A stretch of DNA of 64,000 nucleotides from a virus, in the IMG/VR virus record IMGVR_UViG_3300045988_102159, positions 64,001 through 128,000 of that record. One strand, given 5' to 3'. The translations under genes were made by a program, and so were the position numbers. Below, piece after piece: positions 30,511-39,614 of the stretch (its first letter is position 1; every line of letters begins with the position of its first letter). Under the pieces are notes generated by a model. The model was not told the DNA's origin and searched no databases. It was given only the letters and a program-made list of their open reading frames with translations.

Positions 30511-31854
30511 TTAATAGTTTTGTGCTTCGCGGAGAGCAGATAGCATTGGGTCAGCATCTTCCGCAATAGTTTCATCGTCTAAAGAGAATGTCGTAAGAGG
30601 TGTAGAATCTACCTCTTCCTCTTCATCAAAGTTAACATTCTTCTGAACGTATAGTAAAGCGAGCTTGCTTTCAATCTCGCCAAGAGTGAATTTATCTTTA
30701 TCAGCGATAATTTCCGCTTTGTCTTCGTCAGAGAGCATATGATATTTAGCAATCATAGCATCCTTGTCGGCATCAATGCGCTCTGCCTTAAACTTACGAA
30801 GCTCTTCTGCTTCTGCTTCGAGAGCCGTAAACTTATCTGTAAGCTCTTTTAGCTGTTCAGAAAGTTCAGAAACCTGATTCTCAAGCTCATGCTTTTTCTC
30901 TGGCTTCTTTTCATCTTCCTTATCATCAGAATCATTAGAATCGTCATCTGATTCATCTTCATTATCTTCGGAATCAGAGTCTTCTTTATCTTCTTTCTTC
31001 TCTTCTTCCTTAGCAAAAGTTTCTTCGGCGGAGTCTTCGCTAGATTCAACGTCTTCATTTGTCTCAACGTTTTCAGCAAACTCTTCTGCCGCAGGAGTTT
31101 CTTCCTCAGCTGTGGCAGTAGGCTCTACCTCAACGCTTTCAACGTTTTCTTTCGGCATAGACCCTCCTTTTGTCAACGCACTTTTTAATTCATTCATCAT
31201 AGCAAATAAAGTATGCGAAAATTCTTTATTATAAGAGAAATGTTCGCTTACTTCTGGGCTAGTGACAGATGCGCCCTCAAAACAAGGTTCTACATCATCG
31301 CCCAAGATACAAAGTTTTGTAAAGATTGCATCATTTATAATAAAAAACTCAATATCGTTGCTATCGGTAGTCCAATGTCCGTCAACGTCATCAATTTCCA
31401 TTGACTGTCCTTGGCCTTGGTTGATACATTTATCCAATTCAGGATACTGCCCAGTCCATAGATAACCAGTAGTCATCATGTATTCACGTGTAGTGGTTTC
31501 ACCGAATTCATTTGTATCATCGAATTTCTGAAACCATACTTCTGCATCTGGAGCAACGAAACCGTAAGGAACGGTCTTGCAAGAGAATTTTACTTCCCCA
31601 TCTTCAATGTGAAGAACTTCACCGTGGTCACCAAAGTCTTCTTTGTTCTCATTATAGGCAGCTACAATTGGCGTAGCAGGTAATGAGTTCGCCATCTGGA
31701 TGGCCGTGTTCTTATCAATGAAAGAACCGTTGCGGTTCTTACCAAGATACATGACCTTAATCTCACATTTAGAAATACCGGGGTTGATAGCATCTGGTGC
31801 TAGATTAATGAATTCTGGACTATCAATTGTAGCCACAGACCTATTTCTTAGCAT
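30511..31854 (-). CDS. Scaffolding protein, possibly with N-terminal prohead-protease-like domain (447 aa)
   Basis: The C-terminal half is extremely acidic and coiled (EEEKKEDKEDSDSEDNEDESDDD...). Sits between portal and capsid. Confidence 0.5.
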   Translation of the reverse strand: MLRNRSVATIDSPEFINLAPDAINPGISKCEIKVMYLGKNRNGSFIDKNTAIQMANSLPATPIVAAYNENKEDFGDHGEVLHIEDGEVKFSCKTVPYGFVAPDAEVWFQKFDDTNEFGETTTREYMMTTGYLWTGQYPELDKCINQGQGQSMEIDDVDGHWTTDSNDIEFFIINDAIFTKLCILGDDVEPCFEGASVTSPEVSEHFSYNKEFSHTLFAMMNELKSALTKGGSMPKENVESVEVEPTATAEEETPAAEEFAENVETNEDVESSEDSAEETFAKEEEKKEDKEDSDSEDNEDESDDDSNDSDDKEDEKKPEKKHELENQVSELSEQLKELTDKFTALEAEAEELRKFKAERIDADKDAMIAKYHMLSDEDKAEIIADKDKFTLGEIESKLALLYVQKNVNFDEEEEVDSTPLTTFSLDDETIAEDADPMLSALREAQNY

Positions 31855-31860
31855 TTAATT

Positions 31861-33462
31861 CTATCCTTCCGCTTCTATATTAGCGATTGTTTTATCAGAC
31901 TTCTCGGAATCTGGCTTCTCAGGGCGACCACCCTTATTGCCCGAAGATGGAGTCTGCTGTTGTTTTGTCTTCGCGGTAGTATCTCCATTGCCGCCATTGC
32001 TCATAGTAGAAGATAGAGCTGGAGCAACGAAAACCTCATTCAAAGACATAATATCATTCTCAAAATATGCGGTCATAAGTACCGCACTTTGAGATTGACC
32101 AAGAGCAACTTGCGGCAATAGCTTGGAGAATCCAAGAGAAGTCATATCTTTATACTGCTTAGATAGGTCTTTATAATTATAAACGGTCGTAGGCAGAATA
32201 TCGACATGATAATAAAGTCGCTTACTGTTCTTGTTAAATGGTGCCAACAGACGTTCCGCAAATGTCTGAAATTGTAAAATAAGGTCAGACATAGTAGCTT
32301 CATCATTTGCAATAGATTTCTCCAATGCAAGATTACCATCCGCATTAAAAAGGTTTTGTCCAGTACCAGCTTCGTTGTACACAGAACGTTCAACCTTATT
32401 GAGCTGGTCAACAGAAGAGACATTACCTTTGTCAGAAAGGTCTGCCACATCAACATCCGCGAACGTTGTCAACACGTCAACTCCAACAGCGTCACCAAGC
32501 ATGGCAACCGCATTAGTGTGGAGCTGTTGCGCTTCTTGGACATCAAAGATTAAATCGCCGTTCTTATCAATTGGCATCTTTTGGATAATAATCTTTAAAA
32601 TCTGTTGAAGCATCTTTTTCTTATCTAAATCCTGCGCGTCTTCCAAATCCAACAGCTTAGGAATAATACTCATGAACAGTGGCGCGTCACCGCCCGTGAT
32701 ATTAAATTTCACTGTTGTCGATGGGTCAAGTAAAAACCAGCCGTTGGTATCGCCAGCATAGTCAATGGGTAACCTCCCATCCTTATAAGCAAGGTAAGCC
32801 TTCTGGACTTCCTTCGGCCACAGTTTTAGAACTCTTAAACGATACGCAGTATCGGAAAAAGCATCATCGAAATATTTCATATTAAATTCAACCGCAGGAT
32901 TACCGTTAAGTTGATAACGGCTGCGGCAATAGGAAATAGGTAATTCTTGAATAAAACAAGCGTCCTTTTGCGGCACAATCACGCCATAATAGGCACCTGT
33001 GCGCACAACTTTTAACGCAATCTCGCCAAACACTTTTTTGAGATTGCAATTTTCAAGATAGCGTGTTGATTTATACCAACCTTCAACTACCTTTTTAGAT
33101 TTACCATCTTGTTTTAATTTTTCATCATATATCATTGGCGTAATAAACCAATCATATTTGAATAGGAAAGCCATATAACGACACAGGCGGCTATAGATAC
33201 CGCTTGTTTTGAAGAAATAATTAGAAATCTTACGCTGTTCATTCATATTATTCTGCTCAAGAGCCTTTAGTACATCTTCTTTAGTGTACTTCTTGCGGCG
33301 AGAATATTTGTCTGTAATAACTTGACCAATATCAAGAACAACGTCATTGGAGAGAGTTTTGTTCCCTACCTTAATTTTATTAAATGCTAAAGAACCAGAT
33401 TGAGTATTACCATTTGCAATGATGCGGCAATCTCGCTCATTTTTATTTTTAACGGTAGCCAA
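31861..33462 (-). CDS. Portal protein (533 aa)
   Basis: TTG start with AGGAGG RBS. Size and position next to the terminase fit a portal. C-terminal Gly/Lys-rich tail. Confidence 0.65.
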   Translation of the reverse strand: MATVKNKNERDCRIIANGNTQSGSLAFNKIKVGNKTLSNDVVLDIGQVITDKYSRRKKYTKEDVLKALEQNNMNEQRKISNYFFKTSGIYSRLCRYMAFLFKYDWFITPMIYDEKLKQDGKSKKVVEGWYKSTRYLENCNLKKVFGEIALKVVRTGAYYGVIVPQKDACFIQELPISYCRSRYQLNGNPAVEFNMKYFDDAFSDTAYRLRVLKLWPKEVQKAYLAYKDGRLPIDYAGDTNGWFLLDPSTTVKFNITGGDAPLFMSIIPKLLDLEDAQDLDKKKMLQQILKIIIQKMPIDKNGDLIFDVQEAQQLHTNAVAMLGDAVGVDVLTTFADVDVADLSDKGNVSSVDQLNKVERSVYNEAGTGQNLFNADGNLALEKSIANDEATMSDLILQFQTFAERLLAPFNKNSKRLYYHVDILPTTVYNYKDLSKQYKDMTSLGFSKLLPQVALGQSQSAVLMTAYFENDIMSLNEVFVAPALSSTMSNGGNGDTTAKTKQQQTPSSGNKGGRPEKPDSEKSDKTIANIEAEG

Positions 33463-33472
33463 AGCTCACCTC

Positions 33473-33829
33473 CTAATATCCTGCTGCTTTCATGATATAA
33501 TCATAGCTTAATCTTCCTTCATCATAATAAGGAATAGTGACTAATTTCAGATTATGTTCCAAGCAAAATTTTCTTTTTAACGTATCGTTATATTTTTGAT
33601 ATTTGAGGGCACGAGCACCACCATAACGACTGACAGGTACATAATGCTGTTCGCCTTGTGCTTCTATTAAAAAATCAATATTGCCGCAATCGTCAAAAAT
33701 ACAAAAATCAAATCTAAGATTTCTGCCAGACTTACCGACAAGTCCCTCAAATTCATACTCTTCCTCAAAAGGTAAACCTGCGTCTTTCAATATGTTATAT
33801 ATTTTTATTTCTAATAAAGAATCACGCAT
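33473..33829 (-). CDS. PD-(D/E)XK-fold nuclease (Vsr/DUF559-like, 118 aa), possible free-standing homing endonuclease
   Basis: Pattern ...RFDFCIF...IDFLIEAQGEQH.... Inserted between TerL and portal. Confidence 0.45.
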   Translation of the reverse strand: MRDSLLEIKIYNILKDAGLPFEEEYEFEGLVGKSGRNLRFDFCIFDDCGNIDFLIEAQGEQHYVPVSRYGGARALKYQKYNDTLKRKFCLEHNLKLVTIPYYDEGRLSYDYIMKAAGY

Positions 33830-33921
33830 AATTTGTCCTTTCGGAATTTCTTACTATACCATATAAAATTACACTCTATAAAATAATACAGTTTTGCCCA
33901 ACTTTTATAAAAATTTTTACA

Positions 33922-33956
33922 TAAAAATAGGGTACGACCGCATGGGCCGCACCCTA
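33922..33956 (-). terminator. Intrinsic terminator directly after terL
   Basis: Stem TAGGGTACGACC/GGGCCGCACCCTA (imperfect) followed by 5 T on the minus strand. Confidence 0.6.
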
Positions 33957-35378
33957 CTAATGCTTCGTAAAGAACATGAATCCACTTAAATCTCTGGAAT
34001 TGCGGCGATTTCGCCTATCCTCTTGGCGTTTACACCAATAGAGTCCATAGATTAGAGCAGACACTTTATCCTTTAGAATCTTTCTATTGGATTGTTTCAG
34101 AATGATATTTGCACCTTCATTATCTTGTACGAGATTTGCCATCTGTGATTTCAAAATATCAGTGGCAACATATGGCCGCAAATAATCTTGACGCTGTAAC
34201 GGAGTCATTTTCTTTCCTTGCGCTTGCTGCAATAGCTTATTCTTAGCAGTATTAGAGTCAATTAAGAACTTTAACTTGCCGTTGCGTAATTGTGTTTGTG
34301 TATAAGAATATAACTCTGTATTCATTGGAGCATTTGCTTTCATCATCCAAATTGCATTCTTGATTGTATTCTCATTCTCGAACGATTTATAGTTCTTGCG
34401 GTCTTGCTCGTTAGGAATATCGTCTAGATTGATAATACCCATGTTAGGAAGAAGCTCGTCTGTTTCTGGGTCGTTCTGGTCTGTAATTAAGTAATCAAGA
34501 AGTCCAATGCCTAATCCGTTCGCGTCTAAAACGATGGCTTCGCACTTGAACGCATTAAAGAGCTGCTTAATCTTAATTGCTTGATATTCAAAGTGAGATT
34601 CAGATAAAGTGAAGATGTTCACTATCTTCTTATCGTTGACACCTGTTGTTCTTGCAGGAGAAGATTCAATGATTACAATTTCTGTAGGGCAGTTAAGACG
34701 GCCTACGTCTACGCCCATAACGTAAAATGTATCTTTATTTTGTCCCTTGTCGTATCCATTCTTGGCGAGATTGATAATCCTGTGTTTGTCAAACTTATTC
34801 ATATCGAAGAAAGCACCGTCTAAAGTTCCGCTCCAGACTGAGCCGTATTCCCGTTCAAAGCCAATCTCGTCCATCGAATTGCCTGTCTCTTGGGCTTGAA
34901 TATAGTTCGCTGGTTGTAACCCTTCGACTACAGGTACTCTCCAGTCGCCTCCTAGAATGAAAGCATCGTATCCATTGCTAGATACCATGCGACACAGCGC
35001 GTCAATTAGTTTGTCGTAAGCGTAAGTACCTTTGAATCCGGCGCTTGTGACGTAGATGTCGTTCTGGTTCAGTGTCTCGTCTGGGTCTACCTTACCATTG
35101 ACTTTTCTAGAAATTACAAGCATAGGCGCAATGATTTCTTCGTACTTTTGCTGGTCTGTAATGGTCGCTACCTCTTCTGTAAGTACTGCTTGAGCACGGA
35201 AACCACGAGAACCAGAAGTCATGCTTACGTTCTTTATCGTACTTCCGTTGCGGAAACTGTAAGTTACTTCGTCTTTCGATTGACTTGTCTTTGCCAAAGT
35301 TCCTCGTGTGTCCCAAACAATTTCTCTAGCGAGTCCGGGGATTAACTTACATATTTCCTGCATCTTTGATTGCAGAAT
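33957..35378 (-). CDS. terL: Terminase large subunit, exon 2 (473 codons)
   Basis: RNaseH-like nuclease pattern (VMGVDVGR..., IVLDANGLGIG...). The ORF's leading Met is probably intron/exon junction sequence. The 5' boundary is proposed at 35378. Confidence 0.8.
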   Translation of the reverse strand: MLQSKMQEICKLIPGLAREIVWDTRGTLAKTSQSKDEVTYSFRNGSTIKNVSMTSGSRGFRAQAVLTEEVATITDQQKYEEIIAPMLVISRKVNGKVDPDETLNQNDIYVTSAGFKGTYAYDKLIDALCRMVSSNGYDAFILGGDWRVPVVEGLQPANYIQAQETGNSMDEIGFEREYGSVWSGTLDGAFFDMNKFDKHRIINLAKNGYDKGQNKDTFYVMGVDVGRLNCPTEIVIIESSPARTTGVNDKKIVNIFTLSESHFEYQAIKIKQLFNAFKCEAIVLDANGLGIGLLDYLITDQNDPETDELLPNMGIINLDDIPNEQDRKNYKSFENENTIKNAIWMMKANAPMNTELYSYTQTQLRNGKLKFLIDSNTAKNKLLQQAQGKKMTPLQRQDYLRPYVATDILKSQMANLVQDNEGANIILKQSNRKILKDKVSALIYGLYWCKRQEDRRNRRNSRDLSGFMFFTKH

Positions 35379-35584
35379 CATAGCTGATTCATAAAATTAT
35401 AGACTATATCATTTTCTCCGAAGAGAAACTTTCCGCTTCGCCGCATAAGCAGCTACTCCCTTTTAGGATAGTCGTTGAACTTATAAATTAGATGCTGATT
35501 GCCAATAGATGGTGTCCCAGCAGTTCAAAAAGTTAGTTTTTCAAGGTATCGCTACCAAGCAGGACAATCAATTCGTCCTTTTGC
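35379..35584 (-). mobile_element. Group I intron in terL (~206 nt, boundaries +/-15 nt)
   Basis: Contains GAACUGCUGGGACACC, CAAUCAGCAUC, GUUCAACGACUA (rc 35469-35480) and GAUAUAGUCU (rc 35401-35410). Proposed P1 is GCAGAU/GU(C)CUGC with U.G, and omega-G is at 35379. Confidence 0.8.
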
Positions 35585-35923
35585 ATCTGCTACTGTAATC
35601 AAAGTTGAACCAGGATAAAGAATTGCCTTAACCATGAGAGACAAAACAGCCATAAAGGATTTAGAAAATCCTCGACTAAATACTTCATAAACAGTCCTAT
35701 ATCGCATATTAATGCGAAGAATCATACGCTGAGTTGGATAAAATTGAAATTTATTATTAGGGTTGAGTGAAGCCATATAATCCACAAACTTATCTGGATA
35801 CATACGCCAATAGGCAATGATACGTTGATATTTATCTAGATTATCTTCAATCTTCTTTGGGTCAATCTCGGCAACGCTTTTCTTATCATGTGCCGCAATT
35901 TTCAATAAATTACTCAACGCCAT
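35585..35923 (-). CDS. terL: Terminase large subunit, exon 1 (113 codons)
   Basis: ATG 35923 overlaps the stop of the upstream gene (AUGGCGUUGAGUAA). Walker-A-like VFSRGFSKSF motif. The track ORF 35552-36049 runs on into the intron (..AKGRIDCPAW*). Confidence 0.75.
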
Positions 35924-37424
35924 ATTGCTCTGCCAATCTCTTAGCTTCTTCTTCACGTTCCTCAATCTGGAACTGCTGGAAGTCCGCAGCTTCTTCATCA
36001 GTGATCGCATTATCTTCATCGGTCTTGATGCCCTCTGCGATAATTTCATCTACACTCTTGGTCTTATTCTCTTCAAGTTTCTTGATATAAGATTCGATAA
36101 GATTTCCTAGACCAAGCTCGTTCTTAACTAGATTGTCTGTATAGTTCTTCATATCATTGATGATAAAATCAATCTTATCTTGCGGCACATTGATTGGGTC
36201 ATCTTGTCTTGGGATAATACCACCCTTGGACTCTACGAACGCAACAAGCTCTCCAATCGAGTCAATGTCTCTCTTCTTCTCTTCCTGCTTCTGAGAATCG
36301 GTGAATTTGCCTGACTTACGCAACATATCATTGGCTCCCTGTAAGTCTTTAAAGGTCTTAATGTCACCTACATCTAAGGCTTGATTCATCTTTAGGTCTG
36401 TCTTACAGATATTCTTTAATACCTGTTCACGGTCTGTAGACAACTCATAGTCTGCCGCATACTTCTGATATAGTTCTTCCATCTTAACCCACTCAGATGG
36501 CTTATAGAGAAGACCCCATTTAAGAGAAAGATATTTAATATCATCTTCTGTAAGGCTTTCTGTAATCTGCGCTTCATCAATACGCGCAACATCTGGGATA
36601 AATTCATTCTGCATTTCGCCAGTAATGTCTAATGGCGCATTATTGATATTTTCTACAGGGTTCACACCAAGAGAAGAAGCAACATCAGGTATGAGGTCAA
36701 GCACTTGCGGCTCAGGCTCTTCTGTTTCTTTTGGTTGCTCTTTTTTCTTCTCCTTTTCAGCTTTCTTGGCTAAAAATTCCTGCTCAACATCTTTTGCCGC
36801 GCTGATAACATCTTCATTCTTTTTTATTTCTTCTGAACTAACTGTATTTTCAGGAACTTCAAGTTCTTTCTTATCAAGTACGCTGTCAGGATTGCTAGCA
36901 ACCTCTTCCTCGCCTTGCCGCATCTTCTCATTGATACGGTCTAAGACACTTTTGCGACTCATGGTATTGTATTCAGCTTGTGAAATCTCGCCAGCTTTAA
37001 GACTTTCCAAGAGTCTGTTCTCAAACTCTTCATCATATGATGTGCCTTTGATGTTCTGTTGCTCTTTCCTAGCTTGCTGGAATTTCTCATTATTAATTCG
37101 CTCAGAATCCGCATACGTTAGATTCTTATATTGTTCCATATTCATAGTGCGAAGATATGTGCCGATAACCGACATAGGACCAAATGTGGCAGGGTTTTTC
37201 ATATAGCTTTTATTTGCTAATTCAACCCATTTCTTCTCAACATACGGCACGTCCATCTTCTTTAAAATCCATTTGAATGTATCTGGACGGCGATTGTCAA
37301 TATACATCGTTAGGCAAGTCTTACAAAGGTCACATCTTTCATCTTTATTAGGTATCTTATAGAAATCTGTTTCCTTTTTTGTCTTGCCGCATTTCGCGCA
37401 TGTTTTCATAGGTACGTCTGCCAT
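35910..37424 (-). CDS. Packaging-module protein with N-terminal zinc ribbon (504 aa), terminase small subunit candidate
   Basis: Start moved to ATG 37424 (AAGGAG RBS). Carries CAKCGKTKKETDFY...CDLCKTC and a long acidic/coiled middle region. Sits immediately upstream of terL. Confidence 0.5.
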   Translation of the reverse strand: MADVPMKTCAKCGKTKKETDFYKIPNKDERCDLCKTCLTMYIDNRRPDTFKWILKKMDVPYVEKKWVELANKSYMKNPATFGPMSVIGTYLRTMNMEQYKNLTYADSERINNEKFQQARKEQQNIKGTSYDEEFENRLLESLKAGEISQAEYNTMSRKSVLDRINEKMRQGEEEVASNPDSVLDKKELEVPENTVSSEEIKKNEDVISAAKDVEQEFLAKKAEKEKKKEQPKETEEPEPQVLDLIPDVASSLGVNPVENINNAPLDITGEMQNEFIPDVARIDEAQITESLTEDDIKYLSLKWGLLYKPSEWVKMEELYQKYAADYELSTDREQVLKNICKTDLKMNQALDVGDIKTFKDLQGANDMLRKSGKFTDSQKQEEKKRDIDSIGELVAFVESKGGIIPRQDDPINVPQDKIDFIINDMKNYTDNLVKNELGLGNLIESYIKKLEENKTKSVDEIIAEGIKTDEDNAITDEEAADFQQFQIEEREEEAKRLAEQYGVE

Positions 37425-37487
37425 AAGTCTCCTTTCTATACAAGAAACCCACTCCATCCAAGAGAAGGAAGAAGTGGGTCAGTAATA

Positions 37488-38576
37488 TTATTTCTTTTTA
37501 GATTTGCGGCACTCACGACATGTAGAATAGAAGCCATCTTTCGCGGAATTATTCTTTGAGAAGAATAAAGGATGTGCCAACTTGGTCTTTCCGCATTTGC
37601 CGCACTTTTTCCATTGTCCATATTCCACATTTGTGTAATACCACATAACATAATTCTTTTGAGCCTGTTCCGCAATCATCTTTGGAATCTTTTTACGCCA
37701 TAGCGTTGAAAAATATTGTGCTGTATGTGAAACACCATATTCAGCTTCCATCATGCCGCATATCTCATCATTCGATTTTCCATCAATCTTCCATATTAAA
37801 AGGTCATACAGCATAGATGTTGTTTGGTCTTTAGATTTAAAGGTCTGTTCAATTAAATTCTCAAGGTCTAGAAGCTCCCAATGCATATCACAATTAAGGT
37901 CAGTATAGCATTCCTGCTTGATTGATGAATAATATGTTAGTAAGAATGAAATGTGGACTGGGTTGAATAATGAAATAACTCCATCGGATACAGGATAACC
38001 ACGTGAATCGAAATAAATCTTCTCAGACAAGTCCATATGCGCCATGTTCTTTAGCTGCGCTGAAACCTTCGACTTTGCGGGCCAGCCCTTGACTGATTGC
38101 TTTAGTAAATACATTTGCTGATATGTCTCGATAATCTGCTTTTTCAGGTAATAACGTTGCTTACCAGTAGCAGAAAGAAATTGTCGTTTTAGTGATGTGA
38201 TGATAGAATCGAATTCCTGCATACCTGGGATATTCTCTAAGTCATCTTCTGAGATAGTATCTTTATTATCTAGTATTTGATTCTTATCGTTATTGACGAG
38301 TGCGTAGATGCCATCCTCGCCATTCTCCATATTTTCAACCATTTCCTCAAAAGAAATCTGTCGTTTGTTTACTGTTGCTTCTCTATTCTTTGTGATAATA
38401 CTACGTTCTTTTTTCTTTTCCTTTTTGGTTTGATTTCTGTCTGCGGCAAAGAGCAAATAATCTGTCATAACACGCAGATAATTTGCATCTAGATTCTCTT
38501 GAGAAGTGGTTTCAATGGTTTCCCGCACACATTTAAGTCGTTCTTCCTGTGTCTTCAATGTGTAATCAAGTGCCAT
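37488..38576 (-). CDS. Putative DNA-binding regulator (sigma region-4-like HTH) with C-terminal zinc ribbon (362 aa)
   Basis: First gene of the leftward late operon. Segment ...GKSNDEICGMMEAEYGVSHTAQYFSTLWRKKIPKM... resembles a sigma-70 region 4 HTH. C-terminal CGKCGKTKLAHPLFF...CRECRK. Confidence 0.4.
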   Translation of the reverse strand: MALDYTLKTQEERLKCVRETIETTSQENLDANYLRVMTDYLLFAADRNQTKKEKKKERSIITKNREATVNKRQISFEEMVENMENGEDGIYALVNNDKNQILDNKDTISEDDLENIPGMQEFDSIITSLKRQFLSATGKQRYYLKKQIIETYQQMYLLKQSVKGWPAKSKVSAQLKNMAHMDLSEKIYFDSRGYPVSDGVISLFNPVHISFLLTYYSSIKQECYTDLNCDMHWELLDLENLIEQTFKSKDQTTSMLYDLLIWKIDGKSNDEICGMMEAEYGVSHTAQYFSTLWRKKIPKMIAEQAQKNYVMWYYTNVEYGQWKKCGKCGKTKLAHPLFFSKNNSAKDGFYSTCRECRKSKKK

Positions 38577-38616
38577 ATCTTTACTTCTCCTTTTCTATTG
38601 GTTTTATTGCAACTAT

Positions 38617-38645
38617 ATTATACCACAAAAAAGTATGAAGTGCAA
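38617..38645 (-). promoter_or_regulatory. Sigma-70-type promoter of the leftward late/packaging operon
   Basis: -35 TTGCAC (rc 38640-38645), 17-bp spacer, -10 TATAAT (rc 38617-38622), with a T/A-rich upstream region. Confidence 0.6.
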
Positions 38646-38699
38646 GTTTGTCAAGAAAAAATTTTAAATATTTTAAAAATTTTTTCTATGTATATTATA

Positions 38700-39300
38700 T
38701 TTAAGTATGCGGCAAATGTGATTACCGTTTTTTGCCCATAAAATGATTACACTCGCTAGTTTGCTCCTAAAATGATTACACCTACGATTGGCCGCATCAG
38801 TAGTGCTGTTATAAGTTGCCGCTCGCTTCGCTGCCCTCAGCGAGCGCAACGGCAGACTATTTGTTTTTTCTATTGGAAAAAACTTGAGCGTAGCGAAAGT
38901 TTATAGCGAATGGCGCTACGTAGTAGCGACAATCGCCTAGTGCTGTATTGGATATACTTAAAATGGATAGAGATGTACCTATAAAGATGTATAGAAAATT
39001 CTGCACGATTACCCATGCTCACTCTCCCCTTGCATGAAACCTATTGGATGTGCTACTTTTCTAAGAGTATCCTATCCCCTCTGTATGCGGCACGGTAGAG
39101 ATACCGTTCGTCTCCTGTAAACTAATAAACCAACGCAAGACCGCTTGGCTACAGAAATATTCTACTGCAAGTGAGAGTACATCCATACTTCTCACGGCAG
39201 AATAAATCTGTAACGTTTAAGACCCAGCTATTCACCTCATTGGGGATTTTTGATTTAGGATAGCTCCTAAGCCGACTGGGAACGGCGCTATGGTTAGTTT
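38700..39300 (-). ncRNA. Candidate large structured non-coding RNA or structured operon leader (~600 nt)
   Basis: No credible ORF. Downstream of a perfect consensus promoter. At least 7 GC-rich stems sit in AT-rich context, e.g. GTTGCCGCTCGCT...AGCGAGCGCAAC at 38817-38857, ACGGTA-gaga-TACCGT near 39093, and a ~70-nt imperfect hairpin at 39152-39222. A G.U pair favours the minus strand. Confidence 0.3.
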
Positions 39301-39307
39301 AAAATGT

Positions 39308-39336
39308 ATTATAATAGATAATTAGATATTTGTCAA
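39308..39336 (-). promoter_or_regulatory. Perfect consensus sigma-70 promoter, leftward
   Basis: TTGACA (rc 39331-39336), 17 bp, TATAAT (rc 39308-39313). Confidence 0.7.
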
Positions 39337-39533
39337 TATCTTTTTCTATTGGCTTATGAGGAACTATCGTCCCTCTCTTGGGTTTTTATTCTAGCATATT
39401 TTTTTTGAAAAGTCAATGGTTTTGTGAAAATTTTTTTATGCGGACAATGCCATAATCGGAAATACCAAGAAAGCCAATAGAGGAAATAAATAAGAAAGGT
39501 ATTTCATTTTATGGAATTTGAAAAATCCTCTTA

Positions 39534-39614
39534 GGTCGTATTTTGGTATTTGAAAAAATGATTTTGGTCGGTATTTTGGTATTTCAAAAAATAACTGAGG
39601 TCGGTAATTTGTGC
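39534..39614. repeat. Three direct repeats GGTCG(G)TATTTTGGTATTT(G/C)AAAAAAT (~32-bp period)
   Basis: Copies start at 39534, 39566 and 39599 (the last partial). An inverted repeat GAAATACC/GGTATTTC lies just to the left (39454-39505). Confidence 0.7.

Noticed and set aside
1000-37206. Many 60-190-aa plus-strand ORFs inside the large minus-strand late genes (for example 1000-1266, 4286-4558, 10237-10581, 13541-13873, 36625-37206)
   Set aside because: They are antisense shadow ORFs. They have no RBS, skewed Ser/Leu/Cys-rich composition, and are fully contained in long, well-supported genes on the other strand.
39130-39165. tRNA-like D-arm sequence GTAGCCAAGCGGT on the minus strand
   Set aside because: No acceptor stem, anticodon arm or GTTCRANNC T-arm could be assembled around it. 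No tRNA was recognised anywhere in the window.
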